A stretch of 64,000 nt of DNA from Candidatus Lustribacter sp. (lineage in GTDB: Bacteria; Vulcanimicrobiota; Vulcanimicrobiia; Vulcanimicrobiales; Vulcanimicrobiaceae). Positions 1 to 8,220 of this stretch are shown piece by piece (position 1 is the stretch's first letter; the number at the start of each line of letters is the position of its first letter). The notes below the pieces were generated by a model. The model had not been told where the DNA came from, did not search any database, and saw nothing but the letters and a program-made list of their open reading frames with translations. The DNA is taken from NCBI GenBank assembly GCA_965277805.1, contig OZ255842.1, positions 5,469,282-5,533,281 of the forward strand, given 5' to 3'. The position numbers were made by a program, and so were the translations under genes.

Positions 1-89
1 TTGAGAAGGCCGCCATCGAGGAAGGCCTGGCGCGGCGCACGCTGCTGGCCGCCGATGACGACAACGCCGCGACGTCGATGGTTCGCTGA
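1..89 (+). CDS. 3' end of an upstream gene (partial, product unknown)
   Basis: Open frame ..EKAAIEEGLARRTLLAADDDNAATSMVR* ends at TGA 87-89, overlapping the ATG of the next gene (TGATG). Confidence 0.55.
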   Translation, partial: EKAAIEEGLARRTLLAADDDNAATSMVR

Positions 90-775
90 TGAGTGAAAAG
101 GTTCTCATCATTGAGGACGATCCGGAGATCGCATTTTTTGAACGCACGATTCTGGAGCGGGCCGGCTACGAGGTGAAGGTCGCAACGACCGGCGCCGCCG
201 GGCTCGAGGCGGAGCCCGCATTCAAGCCGGCCGTGATCTTGCTCGACGTCGAATTGCCGGATATCAGCGGCCTCGACGTGTGCACCTCGCTCGCGAACTC
301 GAGCGATGCATTCATCTTGATGGTGAGCGCGCACTCAACCGAAAACGACGTGCTCAAAGGCCTCGGTCTCGGAGCGGACGACTACGTGCGCAAGCCGTTC
401 TCGGGCAACGAACTCGTGGCGCGCGTGCAATCGTTTCTGCGGCGCCGCGAACGTTCGCGCCGCAGCGACGGTGACGGGCGTTTGCAAGCCGGCACGACCG
501 AACTCGTGCGCGACTTTCACACGCTCGAGAACGCCGGCAAGAACGTCAGCCTCACGGCGCTCGAGTTTCGTCTGTTGTGGTATCTTGCGGAGAACACCGG
601 CAAGCTGTTGACGCGTGCGCAGATTCTCGAACGCGTGTGGAACGACGTCTCCGGCGTTCCGACGCGGGTCGTCGATGTGCACGTTGCAGCCTTACGTAAG
701 AAGTTGAACGAAGTCGAGGCACAGCTGCAGATTTCCAGCGTGCGCGGCATCGGTTATCGTCTCGACGAACGATAG
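89..775 (+). CDS. OmpR/PhoB-family response regulator
   Basis: REC domain (IIEDD, LLDVELP, KPFS) plus winged-helix tail (VVDVHVAALRKKL..VRGIGY). Confidence 0.95.
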   Translation: MSEKVLIIEDDPEIAFFERTILERAGYEVKVATTGAAGLEAEPAFKPAVILLDVELPDISGLDVCTSLANSSDAFILMVSAHSTENDVLKGLGLGADDYVRKPFSGNELVARVQSFLRRRERSRRSDGDGRLQAGTTELVRDFHTLENAGKNVSLTALEFRLLWYLAENTGKLLTRAQILERVWNDVSGVPTRVVDVHVAALRKKLNEVEAQLQISSVRGIGYRLDER

Positions 776-817
776 GAGCAAGCGGGACCACTCACCGGCA
801 CGCGAATCCCAAGGCAC

Positions 818-3229
818 GTGAAGTCTTTCGTTCTGCGTATCGCGTGCATGGCGCTCTCGCTTGTGGTGTTGCCGCTCGGCGTTCGTTCGGCGACCGTGAG
901 TTACGCGCCGCCGGCGGGCAGCTTACCGGCCGGACGCTATCACGGGTTGCCGTATAGCGCGGTTCTGCCCTCGGGACGGCTGGTAACGCCGGCCGGGACC
1001 AGCATCGTCACCGGCATGAACAGCCTCGGCCTCGTTCTCTCGCCCGACGGACGATACGCGATCACGAGCAACGACGACGAAAGTCAGGGCGGCGTGCGCA
1101 GCGCGCTCGATCCCGATGCGAGCGGCGGCTATTCGCTGACCGTGATCGATACGACGCGAATGGTTGCGGTGATGCATTACCGCGCGCCGGAGGAGACGTT
1201 CTACAGCGGTCTCGCCGCCGTGCGCGATGCGAGCAATCCCGGGCAGACACTGGTGTTTGCCGCCGGCGGCGCGTCGAATGCCGTCTACGTGTTCGATCTC
1301 GATGCGGCCGGACGACTCGTGCCGGACGCGCATCATACGATCGCCGTTGCCGGACCTACCGATGCGGCGTTCGCGGATCGCGGTATCAGTTTTCCCTCCG
1401 CGCTGCTGGCATCGGCCGACGGCCGGCGCATCTACGTGGTTTCGGCCGCCGGGCAGTCGGTCGCGGCGATCGACGTTGCGTCGCGGCGCTTGTTAGCGGC
1501 GCCGCAGCGGGTCGGATTTTCGCCGAGCAGCGTTGCCGTTGCCGCAGCGCGGTTGCTGGTCACGAACGAAGGGCTGATGCGTTACGGCCGCTTAGCGCAG
1601 CCAGCGACGAGTCCGGCCTTCGACGTTCCGCCGGCGGATGCGTCCGATGCATCATCGCTTTCGGCAATCGCGCTCGATGCGGGCGGCGGCATCGCCGGAC
1701 CCGCCGGTGCATTGCCGATGGATACGCCGCTCGATGGGTTGCGGCTGGTTGGCGGAGCGCATCCGACCGCGATCGTCACGACCGCCGATGCGAACTACGC
1801 GTTCGTTGCGATGACCAACGTCGACCGCATCGCCACCGTCGCGCTCGGAGCGACGCCGCACGTGGCAGGCGGCACCGAACTGCGCTTGTTCGATCGTGGT
1901 CCGTACGGCACGCAGCCGACGGCGCTCGCGCTCAGTCGCGATGCGTCGCGTTTGTACGTCGCGTTGACCGGACTCGATGCGATCGCGGTGATCGATGCGC
2001 GCGATCCGCTGCACTTGCACCGCCTCGGTTTGATTCCCACCGGCTGGGCGCCGAGTGCGCTCGCACTGAGCGCCGACGATCGCACGCTCTACGTCGCGAA
2101 TCAAAACGGCTTCGGCTACGACGCAAACTTCACCGGTAATCCGGATACGGGCGCGGATGCGCGCGCGATCTGGTCGACGCTCGAGCGCATCGACTTGGCG
2201 GAAGTGAAGCTGGCGGATACGACGCGCGCGGCGCTAGGCGCGGCGCGGAACGTCGTGGCGATGCCGGTGCCGCTGCCGTCCGTCATCCACAATGTCGTGC
2301 TGGTGGTCGAGGGCGACAAGAATTACGATGAGGTGCTGGGCGATCTCGGCGTCGGCCCGGGCGCACCAAGCTTTTCGCTTTACGGTGCTGCCGACACGCC
2401 GAACTTGCACGCGCTTGCGCGACGCTTCGGTCTCGCGGGCAACTTCTTCGCCGAACCCGGCGGCGATGCGCAGGAAGCCGTTGCGGGCGGCATTGCAAGC
2501 GCATTCACCGCGCGCACGAATCCGGTGCAGGTCGCGCGGCGTCCGCTCGGTTTCGTCAACCAAGACCCCGAAGATATGCTGCGCTTGGGAACGGTGTTTC
2601 ACGAACTGGCGCGGCACAATCTCAGCTTCCGCGATTACGGCGGTTTTCTCGACGTTTCCGGCTCGACGCCGGCAGGCTACACGCAGAACGTTCCGGCGCC
2701 GGCCATTCTCGCCGATCATGTCGACCTGAATTATCCGACGTTCGCGGCGAAGGTGCCCGATGCGCTGCGGGCGGCAGAATTCGTGCGCGATTTCGGCGCG
2801 CTTTCGGCCGCGCACCGGCAGCCGCGCTTCGCCTACATTGCATTACCCGGCGGCGGCGACAGCCCGGGGGGAACGCCGGCTGCCGAAGCGTCCGTCGTCG
2901 ACGGCGATCGCGCGCTCGGCACGATCATCAGCTATCTCTCGCACTTGCCGTCGTGGCGCACGACCGTCGTGTTCGTGCTGCCGGCGGGCGCGAGCACGGG
3001 GCGCGATCACATCGACGCGTCGCGCACGTATGCGCTGGCGATTTCGCCGTTCGTCAAACACGGCTATCTCGGCATGCGGCATCTCTCGACGGCAAGCGTG
3101 CTGAAGACCATCGACCGGGTGTTCAAGCTGCCCCCGCTCTCGCTCGGCGATCTGCTCGCCAACGACATGGGCGACTTCTTCGGCACCCGGCCGGACGTAC
3201 GCCCGTACGAGGCGGCGACCACGCCGTAG
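818..3229 (+). CDS. Secreted YncE/YVTN beta-propeller plus alkaline-phosphatase-like phosphoesterase domain protein (catalytic motifs degenerate)
   Basis: Signal peptide, repeated propeller blades (LSPDGR, LSADDRTLYVAN, IPTGWAP), C-terminal YDEVLGDL..TPNLHALARRF..RDH..ISPF domain. Confidence 0.8.
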   Translation: MKSFVLRIACMALSLVVLPLGVRSATVSYAPPAGSLPAGRYHGLPYSAVLPSGRLVTPAGTSIVTGMNSLGLVLSPDGRYAITSNDDESQGGVRSALDPDASGGYSLTVIDTTRMVAVMHYRAPEETFYSGLAAVRDASNPGQTLVFAAGGASNAVYVFDLDAAGRLVPDAHHTIAVAGPTDAAFADRGISFPSALLASADGRRIYVVSAAGQSVAAIDVASRRLLAAPQRVGFSPSSVAVAAARLLVTNEGLMRYGRLAQPATSPAFDVPPADASDASSLSAIALDAGGGIAGPAGALPMDTPLDGLRLVGGAHPTAIVTTADANYAFVAMTNVDRIATVALGATPHVAGGTELRLFDRGPYGTQPTALALSRDASRLYVALTGLDAIAVIDARDPLHLHRLGLIPTGWAPSALALSADDRTLYVANQNGFGYDANFTGNPDTGADARAIWSTLERIDLAEVKLADTTRAALGAARNVVAMPVPLPSVIHNVVLVVEGDKNYDEVLGDLGVGPGAPSFSLYGAADTPNLHALARRFGLAGNFFAEPGGDAQEAVAGGIASAFTARTNPVQVARRPLGFVNQDPEDMLRLGTVFHELARHNLSFRDYGGFLDVSGSTPAGYTQNVPAPAILADHVDLNYPTFAAKVPDALRAAEFVRDFGALSAAHRQPRFAYIALPGGGDSPGGTPAAEASVVDGDRALGTIISYLSHLPSWRTTVVFVLPAGASTGRDHIDASRTYALAISPFVKHGYLGMRHLSTASVLKTIDRVFKLPPLSLGDLLANDMGDFFGTRPDVRPYEAATTP

Positions 3230-3267
3230 CCGAAAGGTTCGGTCGTGGGAGAGCCGTGCATTCCGTG

Positions 3268-4113
3268 ATGACGAAATCATCCGAGCCACCGTACGTTCGT
3301 TCTGACGCCGGCGCTCTAGCCGGCGCCGTTGTGTGTGCCCCCTCGGCCAGCATCGACCAGTTGCCGCCGATCAAGGGCGAACCGTCGCCGATCGCGACCC
3401 GCGCCTTCGAGCAGCACGGGATCTTGCTGCGCACGCTGCGCGATCGCGGCGTCGAGCTGACGATCCTCGAGCCGTCGACCGAGACGCCGACCGAGTCGCT
3501 CGTCGCCGATTGCGCGATCGTCTTGCCTCAGGGGGCAATCCTGGCGCGCCCGTCGTCAGTCGAGCGCCGCGGCGAACTGCCCGCGATCGAACGCGCGCTC
3601 GCCGCGCGCGGGATCCCGATCGCCGGCCGCATTGAAGCGCCCGGCCTCCTCGATGCAACCGACGTCGCGATTGCCGGCGACCGCGTTTTCATCGGCGTGC
3701 CGCGTCCGGGAGCCGGGCTGCGTTCGCGCTCGAACGCGCTGGGCCGCGAACAGCTCGCCGCTTATGCCGCGGCCGCCAACCTGAGCGTCGTTGAACTGGC
3801 AATCGCGCCCGACGTGCCGCGCCTGCGCAACGTGTTCAACATCGTCGCGACCGACGCCGTGATCGCCGCGCCGGAACTGGTCGATTTGGTCCCGGTTCGC
3901 GACCTGCGCGTGATCGAGGTGCCGCGGGGCGAAGAATTTGCCGCCGGCGTGCTCGCTTTCGGCGATCGCCGCGTGATCGTCAACCTCCGTTTCCGCTACA
4001 GTATCGGTCTGTTGCGGGCAGCGAAGATCGACGTCGAAGCGATCGACCTGTGGGAGTTCGGGAAAGCCGGAGCGGGTCCGTTCCAGCTCGTGCTCGCCAC
4101 GAAGCGGGGATAG
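3268..4113 (+). CDS. Amidinotransferase/dimethylarginine dimethylaminohydrolase (pentein) family protein, probably catalytically inactive
   Basis: EQH..L...GV, RRGE, LDATDV and EFGKAG motifs of the DDAH family; start taken as ATG 3268. Confidence 0.8.
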   Translation: MTKSSEPPYVRSDAGALAGAVVCAPSASIDQLPPIKGEPSPIATRAFEQHGILLRTLRDRGVELTILEPSTETPTESLVADCAIVLPQGAILARPSSVERRGELPAIERALAARGIPIAGRIEAPGLLDATDVAIAGDRVFIGVPRPGAGLRSRSNALGREQLAAYAAAANLSVVELAIAPDVPRLRNVFNIVATDAVIAAPELVDLVPVRDLRVIEVPRGEEFAAGVLAFGDRRVIVNLRFRYSIGLLRAAKIDVEAIDLWEFGKAGAGPFQLVLATKRG

Positions 4114-4842
4114 TTGCGGATCGCGATCCTCTCCGATCTGCATGGAAACGCGGTCGCGCTCGATGCGTGTCTCGCGGATCTTGCCGCTGCCGGCGGCGCC
4201 GACCGTATCATTGCCGCGGGTGATCTCTGCATGGACGGGCCGCGGCCGCGCAAGGTGCTGCGCCGTTTGAAGGACGCCGGCGCGCATGTCGTGCGCGGCA
4301 ACACCGATCGCATGATCGCGCTCGAAGATCCGGCGATCTACGATGACGAGACGCGTCAATCGATCATTTGGCAGCGCGGTGCGCTCGGTCAAGATTGGGT
4401 GGCGTGGCTGGGTGCGGCGCCGCTGACCGTGGCGATCGGTGGCGGCGCAGACGGTCTCTTGATCACGCATGCGACGCCCGCGCGCGATGACGAACACGTG
4501 TGGCCCGATGCGAGCGACGATCAGCTCGAAGCGATCACCGCGAACGTTCCGCAGCATACGATCGCGTTCGGTCACCTCCACCTGCCGTACGTGCGCACCT
4601 GGCGCGACCGGATGTTCGTCAACGTCGCATCGGCCGGCTTGCCCAAAGACGGCGATCCGCGCGCGCACTACGCCATCCTCAGCCAGCAGAGCGGCGGCTG
4701 GTCCGTCCGTTCGCGCCGGGTGGCGTTCGACGTCGATAAGGTGGAACGTCAAATTCGCAAGAGCGGGATGCCCAACGTTGCCGAGCGCGTCGACGTGTTG
4801 CGCCGGCACCGGTACAAGCAACTGGCGGAGCACAAGATCTAA
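4114..4842 (+). CDS. Metallophosphoesterase family protein (YfcE/PrpA-like)
   Basis: SDLHGN, GDL, RGNTD, THA and FGHLH motifs. Confidence 0.9.
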   Translation: MRIAILSDLHGNAVALDACLADLAAAGGADRIIAAGDLCMDGPRPRKVLRRLKDAGAHVVRGNTDRMIALEDPAIYDDETRQSIIWQRGALGQDWVAWLGAAPLTVAIGGGADGLLITHATPARDDEHVWPDASDDQLEAITANVPQHTIAFGHLHLPYVRTWRDRMFVNVASAGLPKDGDPRAHYAILSQQSGGWSVRSRRVAFDVDKVERQIRKSGMPNVAERVDVLRRHRYKQLAEHKI

Positions 4843-5555
4843 TGCTGGCGCTGAAAATCGATGGATTGGTGAAACGCTACGGCGATTTCACGGCCGTCAA
4901 CGGCATTTCGTTCGACGTGCCGGCCGGCGAGTTTTTCGGGCTGCTCGGACCGAACGGCGCGGGCAAGACGACGACTATCAACTCGATCGTCGGTCTTTCC
5001 ACCCTCACCGCGGGATCGATCGAATTGTTCGGTCTCGACGTCACCAAAGACTGGCGTGCGGCGCGCCGCATGGTCGGTCTATCGCCGCAAGAGTACAATT
5101 TCGACCGCTATCTCAACATCCGCGACATTCTGATCTACCAAGCGGGCTACTACGGCATGCGCGGCAAGGCGGTCGCCGCACGCGCCGACGATCTGCTCGA
5201 ACGCTTCGACCTCACCTCGAAGGCCAAGCAAGTTTACACGCGGCTCTCCGGCGGGATGAAGCGCCGGCTGACGATTGCGCGCGCGATGATGCATCAGCCG
5301 CGCTTGCTCATTCTCGACGAGCCGACCGCCGGCGTCGACGTCGAATTGCGGCTCGAGCTGTGGGCGTTCTTGCGTCAACTCAACGCCGACGGAACGACGA
5401 TCATCCTGACGACGCACTATCTCGAAGAAGCAGAAGAGTTGTGCGCGCGCATCGGCATCATCGAAGCCGGACAGCTCGTCGCTTTGGAAACGACCCGCAA
5501 GCTCGTCGGTTCGCGTTCGTTGCAAGACGTCTTTTTGGAGCTCACCCGCCGATGA
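4842..5555 (+). CDS. ABC transporter ATP-binding protein (YadG-like)
   Basis: Walker A GPNGAGKT, LSGG signature, LILDEPT. Confidence 0.95.
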   Translation: MLALKIDGLVKRYGDFTAVNGISFDVPAGEFFGLLGPNGAGKTTTINSIVGLSTLTAGSIELFGLDVTKDWRAARRMVGLSPQEYNFDRYLNIRDILIYQAGYYGMRGKAVAARADDLLERFDLTSKAKQVYTRLSGGMKRRLTIARAMMHQPRLLILDEPTAGVDVELRLELWAFLRQLNADGTTIILTTHYLEEAEELCARIGIIEAGQLVALETTRKLVGSRSLQDVFLELTRR

Positions 5556-6352
5556 CTGCCACGACGTTCTCTGCCGAGCCGGATCGCCGGCCCAACGGCA
5601 TCGGATTCATCACGATCGTTAACCGCGAAATGGTCCGCACGTTCGCGATCATCAATCAAGTGATCTGGCCGCCCGTCATCATGACGCTGCTGTATGTGTT
5701 CGTGTTCGGCCAAGCGTTGGGCAGCCGCATCTCGAGCGTGCAGGGCGTTAGCTACTCGCAGTTCCTCGTTCCGGGACTGATCATGCTGCAGGTGATCGAG
5801 CAGACCTACGGTGAGGGCTCGAGTACGGTCTTCCAAGGCCGTTGGATGAACTCGATCCAGGAACTGCTGATCGCCCCGCTGTCGGCCTTCGAGATGGTGA
5901 TGGGCTACGTGGTTGCCGGCGTCGCGCGCGCGCTCTTCATCGCGCTTCTCATCACCGCGCTGGGTGCGGTCGTCGTGCACACGCTGCCCGTCAACTGGGT
6001 GCTCTACTTCGCGACGATCGTGCTGGTGGCGGTGTTGTTCGCATCGGTTGGGATCATCTGCGGACTGTTCGCCGAGAAATTCGATCACATCGCGCTGCTG
6101 ACGACGTTTTTCATCACGCCGCTGGTCTTTGTCGGCGGCGTGTTTACGCCGGCGCAGTTCTTGCCGCCGGTGGCGCGGATGATCTCGATGTTCAACCCGA
6201 TGTTCTATATGATCAACGCGTTCCGCTATTCGTACACCGGCCGCGGCGACGTCCCGCTCGAACTCTCCCTCGGCATCATCACCGCCCTAACCCTAATCGC
6301 CTTCACCCTAGCCCTCTATCTCTTCTCAATAGGCTTCAAACTCCGCAACTAG
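5552..6352 (+). CDS. ABC-2 type transporter permease (YadH-like)
   Basis: Six hydrophobic segments, YSQFLVPGLIM and NPMFYMINAFRY motifs; ATGA overlap with the ATPase gene. Confidence 0.9.
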   Translation: MTATTFSAEPDRRPNGIGFITIVNREMVRTFAIINQVIWPPVIMTLLYVFVFGQALGSRISSVQGVSYSQFLVPGLIMLQVIEQTYGEGSSTVFQGRWMNSIQELLIAPLSAFEMVMGYVVAGVARALFIALLITALGAVVVHTLPVNWVLYFATIVLVAVLFASVGIICGLFAEKFDHIALLTTFFITPLVFVGGVFTPAQFLPPVARMISMFNPMFYMINAFRYSYTGRGDVPLELSLGIITALTLIAFTLALYLFSIGFKLRN

Positions 6353-6392
6353 TTTTTCTGATGACATTAGACAAGACGATGAAAAATGGAAA

Positions 6393-7211
6393 TCAGAAAA
6401 ACGGGTTGTGGGCTTTTTCTTCGCCGATTGTTGACGGGGGGCCGTGGCCGGGAGCGACGACGGTGGCGTCGTCGAGGGCGAAGAGTTTGAAGCGGATGCT
6501 CTCGAGGATGTCTTTGTAGCCGGTTGCGGTGCCGAACGCGCCGCCGACGCTGCCCGCGAAGAGCGTGTCGCCGGTGAAGATCGTCGACTTGAAGAGGAAG
6601 CACGAACTTCCGTCGGTGTGTCCGGGTGTGTGCAGCATGCGGATTGCGGCGTTGGGGCCGAACGGCAATTCATCGCCGTCGACGATCGGCTTCGCGCGTT
6701 TGCCGAGTTCGCCGATCGCCGCGACGTCGGAGCGGTGCATCACGATCTCGGCGTCCGGAAATGCTTTCGAAATGTCGGCCGTCGCATCGCAGTGGTCGGC
6801 ATGCTTGTGGGTGATGAGGATGTAGCGCAGCGCGAACGGTCCGTCGGCGATTGCGTTGAGGATCGTCGAGGGCAGCCCGGCGGGGTCAATCAGCGCGGCC
6901 GTTCGGCCGTCGTCGAGGAAGAACAGGTAGCCGTTGGAGGGGTGCGGGTCGTGCGGATGGTGGCGGACGTCGCCGGGCAGCGCGACGTGCGGCTCCCAGC
7001 GTTTGGCGGCGGCATCGGCAAGCTTGCCTGGGTCGAGGCCCAGCAGCTTCGCGAGCGCCCGCGCCTCGGCATCGCCGGCGGCGCCGTCGCCCTTCTGCCA
7101 CTCGGTGATGTGGCCGGCCGGCAGGCCGCTGCGCGCGGCCAGGGCGGCGGCGTCCAGGCCCGTCCCGCGCGACGCCTTGCGCAGGATGTCGCAGAAATCG
7201 TCTTCCAGCAT
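6393..7211 (-). CDS. MBL-fold metallo-hydrolase with N-terminal XRE-like HTH domain
   Basis: THKHADH, HTPGHT, FTGDTLF and PGHG motifs; N-terminal LEDDFCDILRKA..GL...LA..SGL HTH-like segment; start ATG 7211. Confidence 0.85.
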   Translation of the reverse strand: MLEDDFCDILRKASRGTGLDAAALAARSGLPAGHITEWQKGDGAAGDAEARALAKLLGLDPGKLADAAAKRWEPHVALPGDVRHHPHDPHPSNGYLFFLDDGRTAALIDPAGLPSTILNAIADGPFALRYILITHKHADHCDATADISKAFPDAEIVMHRSDVAAIGELGKRAKPIVDGDELPFGPNAAIRMLHTPGHTDGSSCFLFKSTIFTGDTLFAGSVGGAFGTATGYKDILESIRFKLFALDDATVVAPGHGPPSTIGEEKAHNPFF

Positions 7212-7266
7212 GGAGCGCTCTCTTTTCTGAACCGGACGCAACCGCCTAGGGGTTGAAGGGAGCGAC

Positions 7267-8217
7267 ATGTCCCGCAACCACAGTTCCGTCGCCATCATCG
7301 GTTCCGGACCGGCCGGCCTGACCGCCGCCGTCTACGCAGCCCGCGCCAACCTTGCCCCGGTCGTCTTTGCCGGTGGCCTCTACGGCGGCCAACTGATGCT
7401 CACGACCGAGGTCGAAAATTACCCCGGCTTCCCGCAAGGCATCATGGGACCCGAGCTGATGGAGAACTTCCGTCTGCAGGCCGAGCGTTTCGGCTCCGTG
7501 ATGCACTTCGTCGATGTGACGAAGGTCGATCTCAAGCAGACACCGTTCCGGTTGTGGACCGACGACGATGAGTACACGGCCGACACCGTCATCATCGCCA
7601 CCGGCGCGAGCGCGCGCTGGCTCGACGTGCCGCACGAAGCGCGTTTGCGCGGCCGCGGCGTGTCGACGTGCGCAACCTGCGACGGCGCGTTCTTCCGCGA
7701 CAAGCACATCGTCGTCGTGGGCGGCGGCGATTCGGCGATGGAAGAAGCGCTCTTCCTCACCCGCTTCGGTTCGAAGGTGACCGTGATCCATCGCCGCTCG
7801 TCGTTCCGGGCGAGCAAGATCATGGCCGATCGCGTGCTGGCGCACGAGAAGATCGAGGTGATCTGGAACAGCGAAGTCACCGAAGTGCTCGGCGCGGAGA
7901 AGACCGAGGGACTCGGCCTGCGCAACATCGAGACCGGCGAGACGAGCCAAATCGATGCCGACGCGCTGTTCATCGCGATCGGTCACGATCCGAACACCGG
8001 GCTCTTCAAGGGGCAGATCGATCTGGATCCGATGGGCTACATCGTATCCGCCGACGGCGTGACGACCAACATTCCCGGCGTGTTCGTTGCGGGCGATGTG
8101 TTCGACGTGCGCTATAAACAGGCAATTACCGCTGCCGGCTCGGGCTGCAAAGCAGCACTCGAAGTCGAAAAATACTTGGAGGCTAACGAGGCCAAACACA
8201 CGACGGCGCTGGTCTAA
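7267..8217 (+). CDS. trxB: Thioredoxin-disulfide reductase
   Basis: GSGPAG, CATCDG active site, GGGDSAMEEA, QAITAAGSG. Confidence 0.97.
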   Translation: MSRNHSSVAIIGSGPAGLTAAVYAARANLAPVVFAGGLYGGQLMLTTEVENYPGFPQGIMGPELMENFRLQAERFGSVMHFVDVTKVDLKQTPFRLWTDDDEYTADTVIIATGASARWLDVPHEARLRGRGVSTCATCDGAFFRDKHIVVVGGGDSAMEEALFLTRFGSKVTVIHRRSSFRASKIMADRVLAHEKIEVIWNSEVTEVLGAEKTEGLGLRNIETGETSQIDADALFIAIGHDPNTGLFKGQIDLDPMGYIVSADGVTTNIPGVFVAGDVFDVRYKQAITAAGSGCKAALEVEKYLEANEAKHTTALV

Positions 8218-8220
8218 GCG

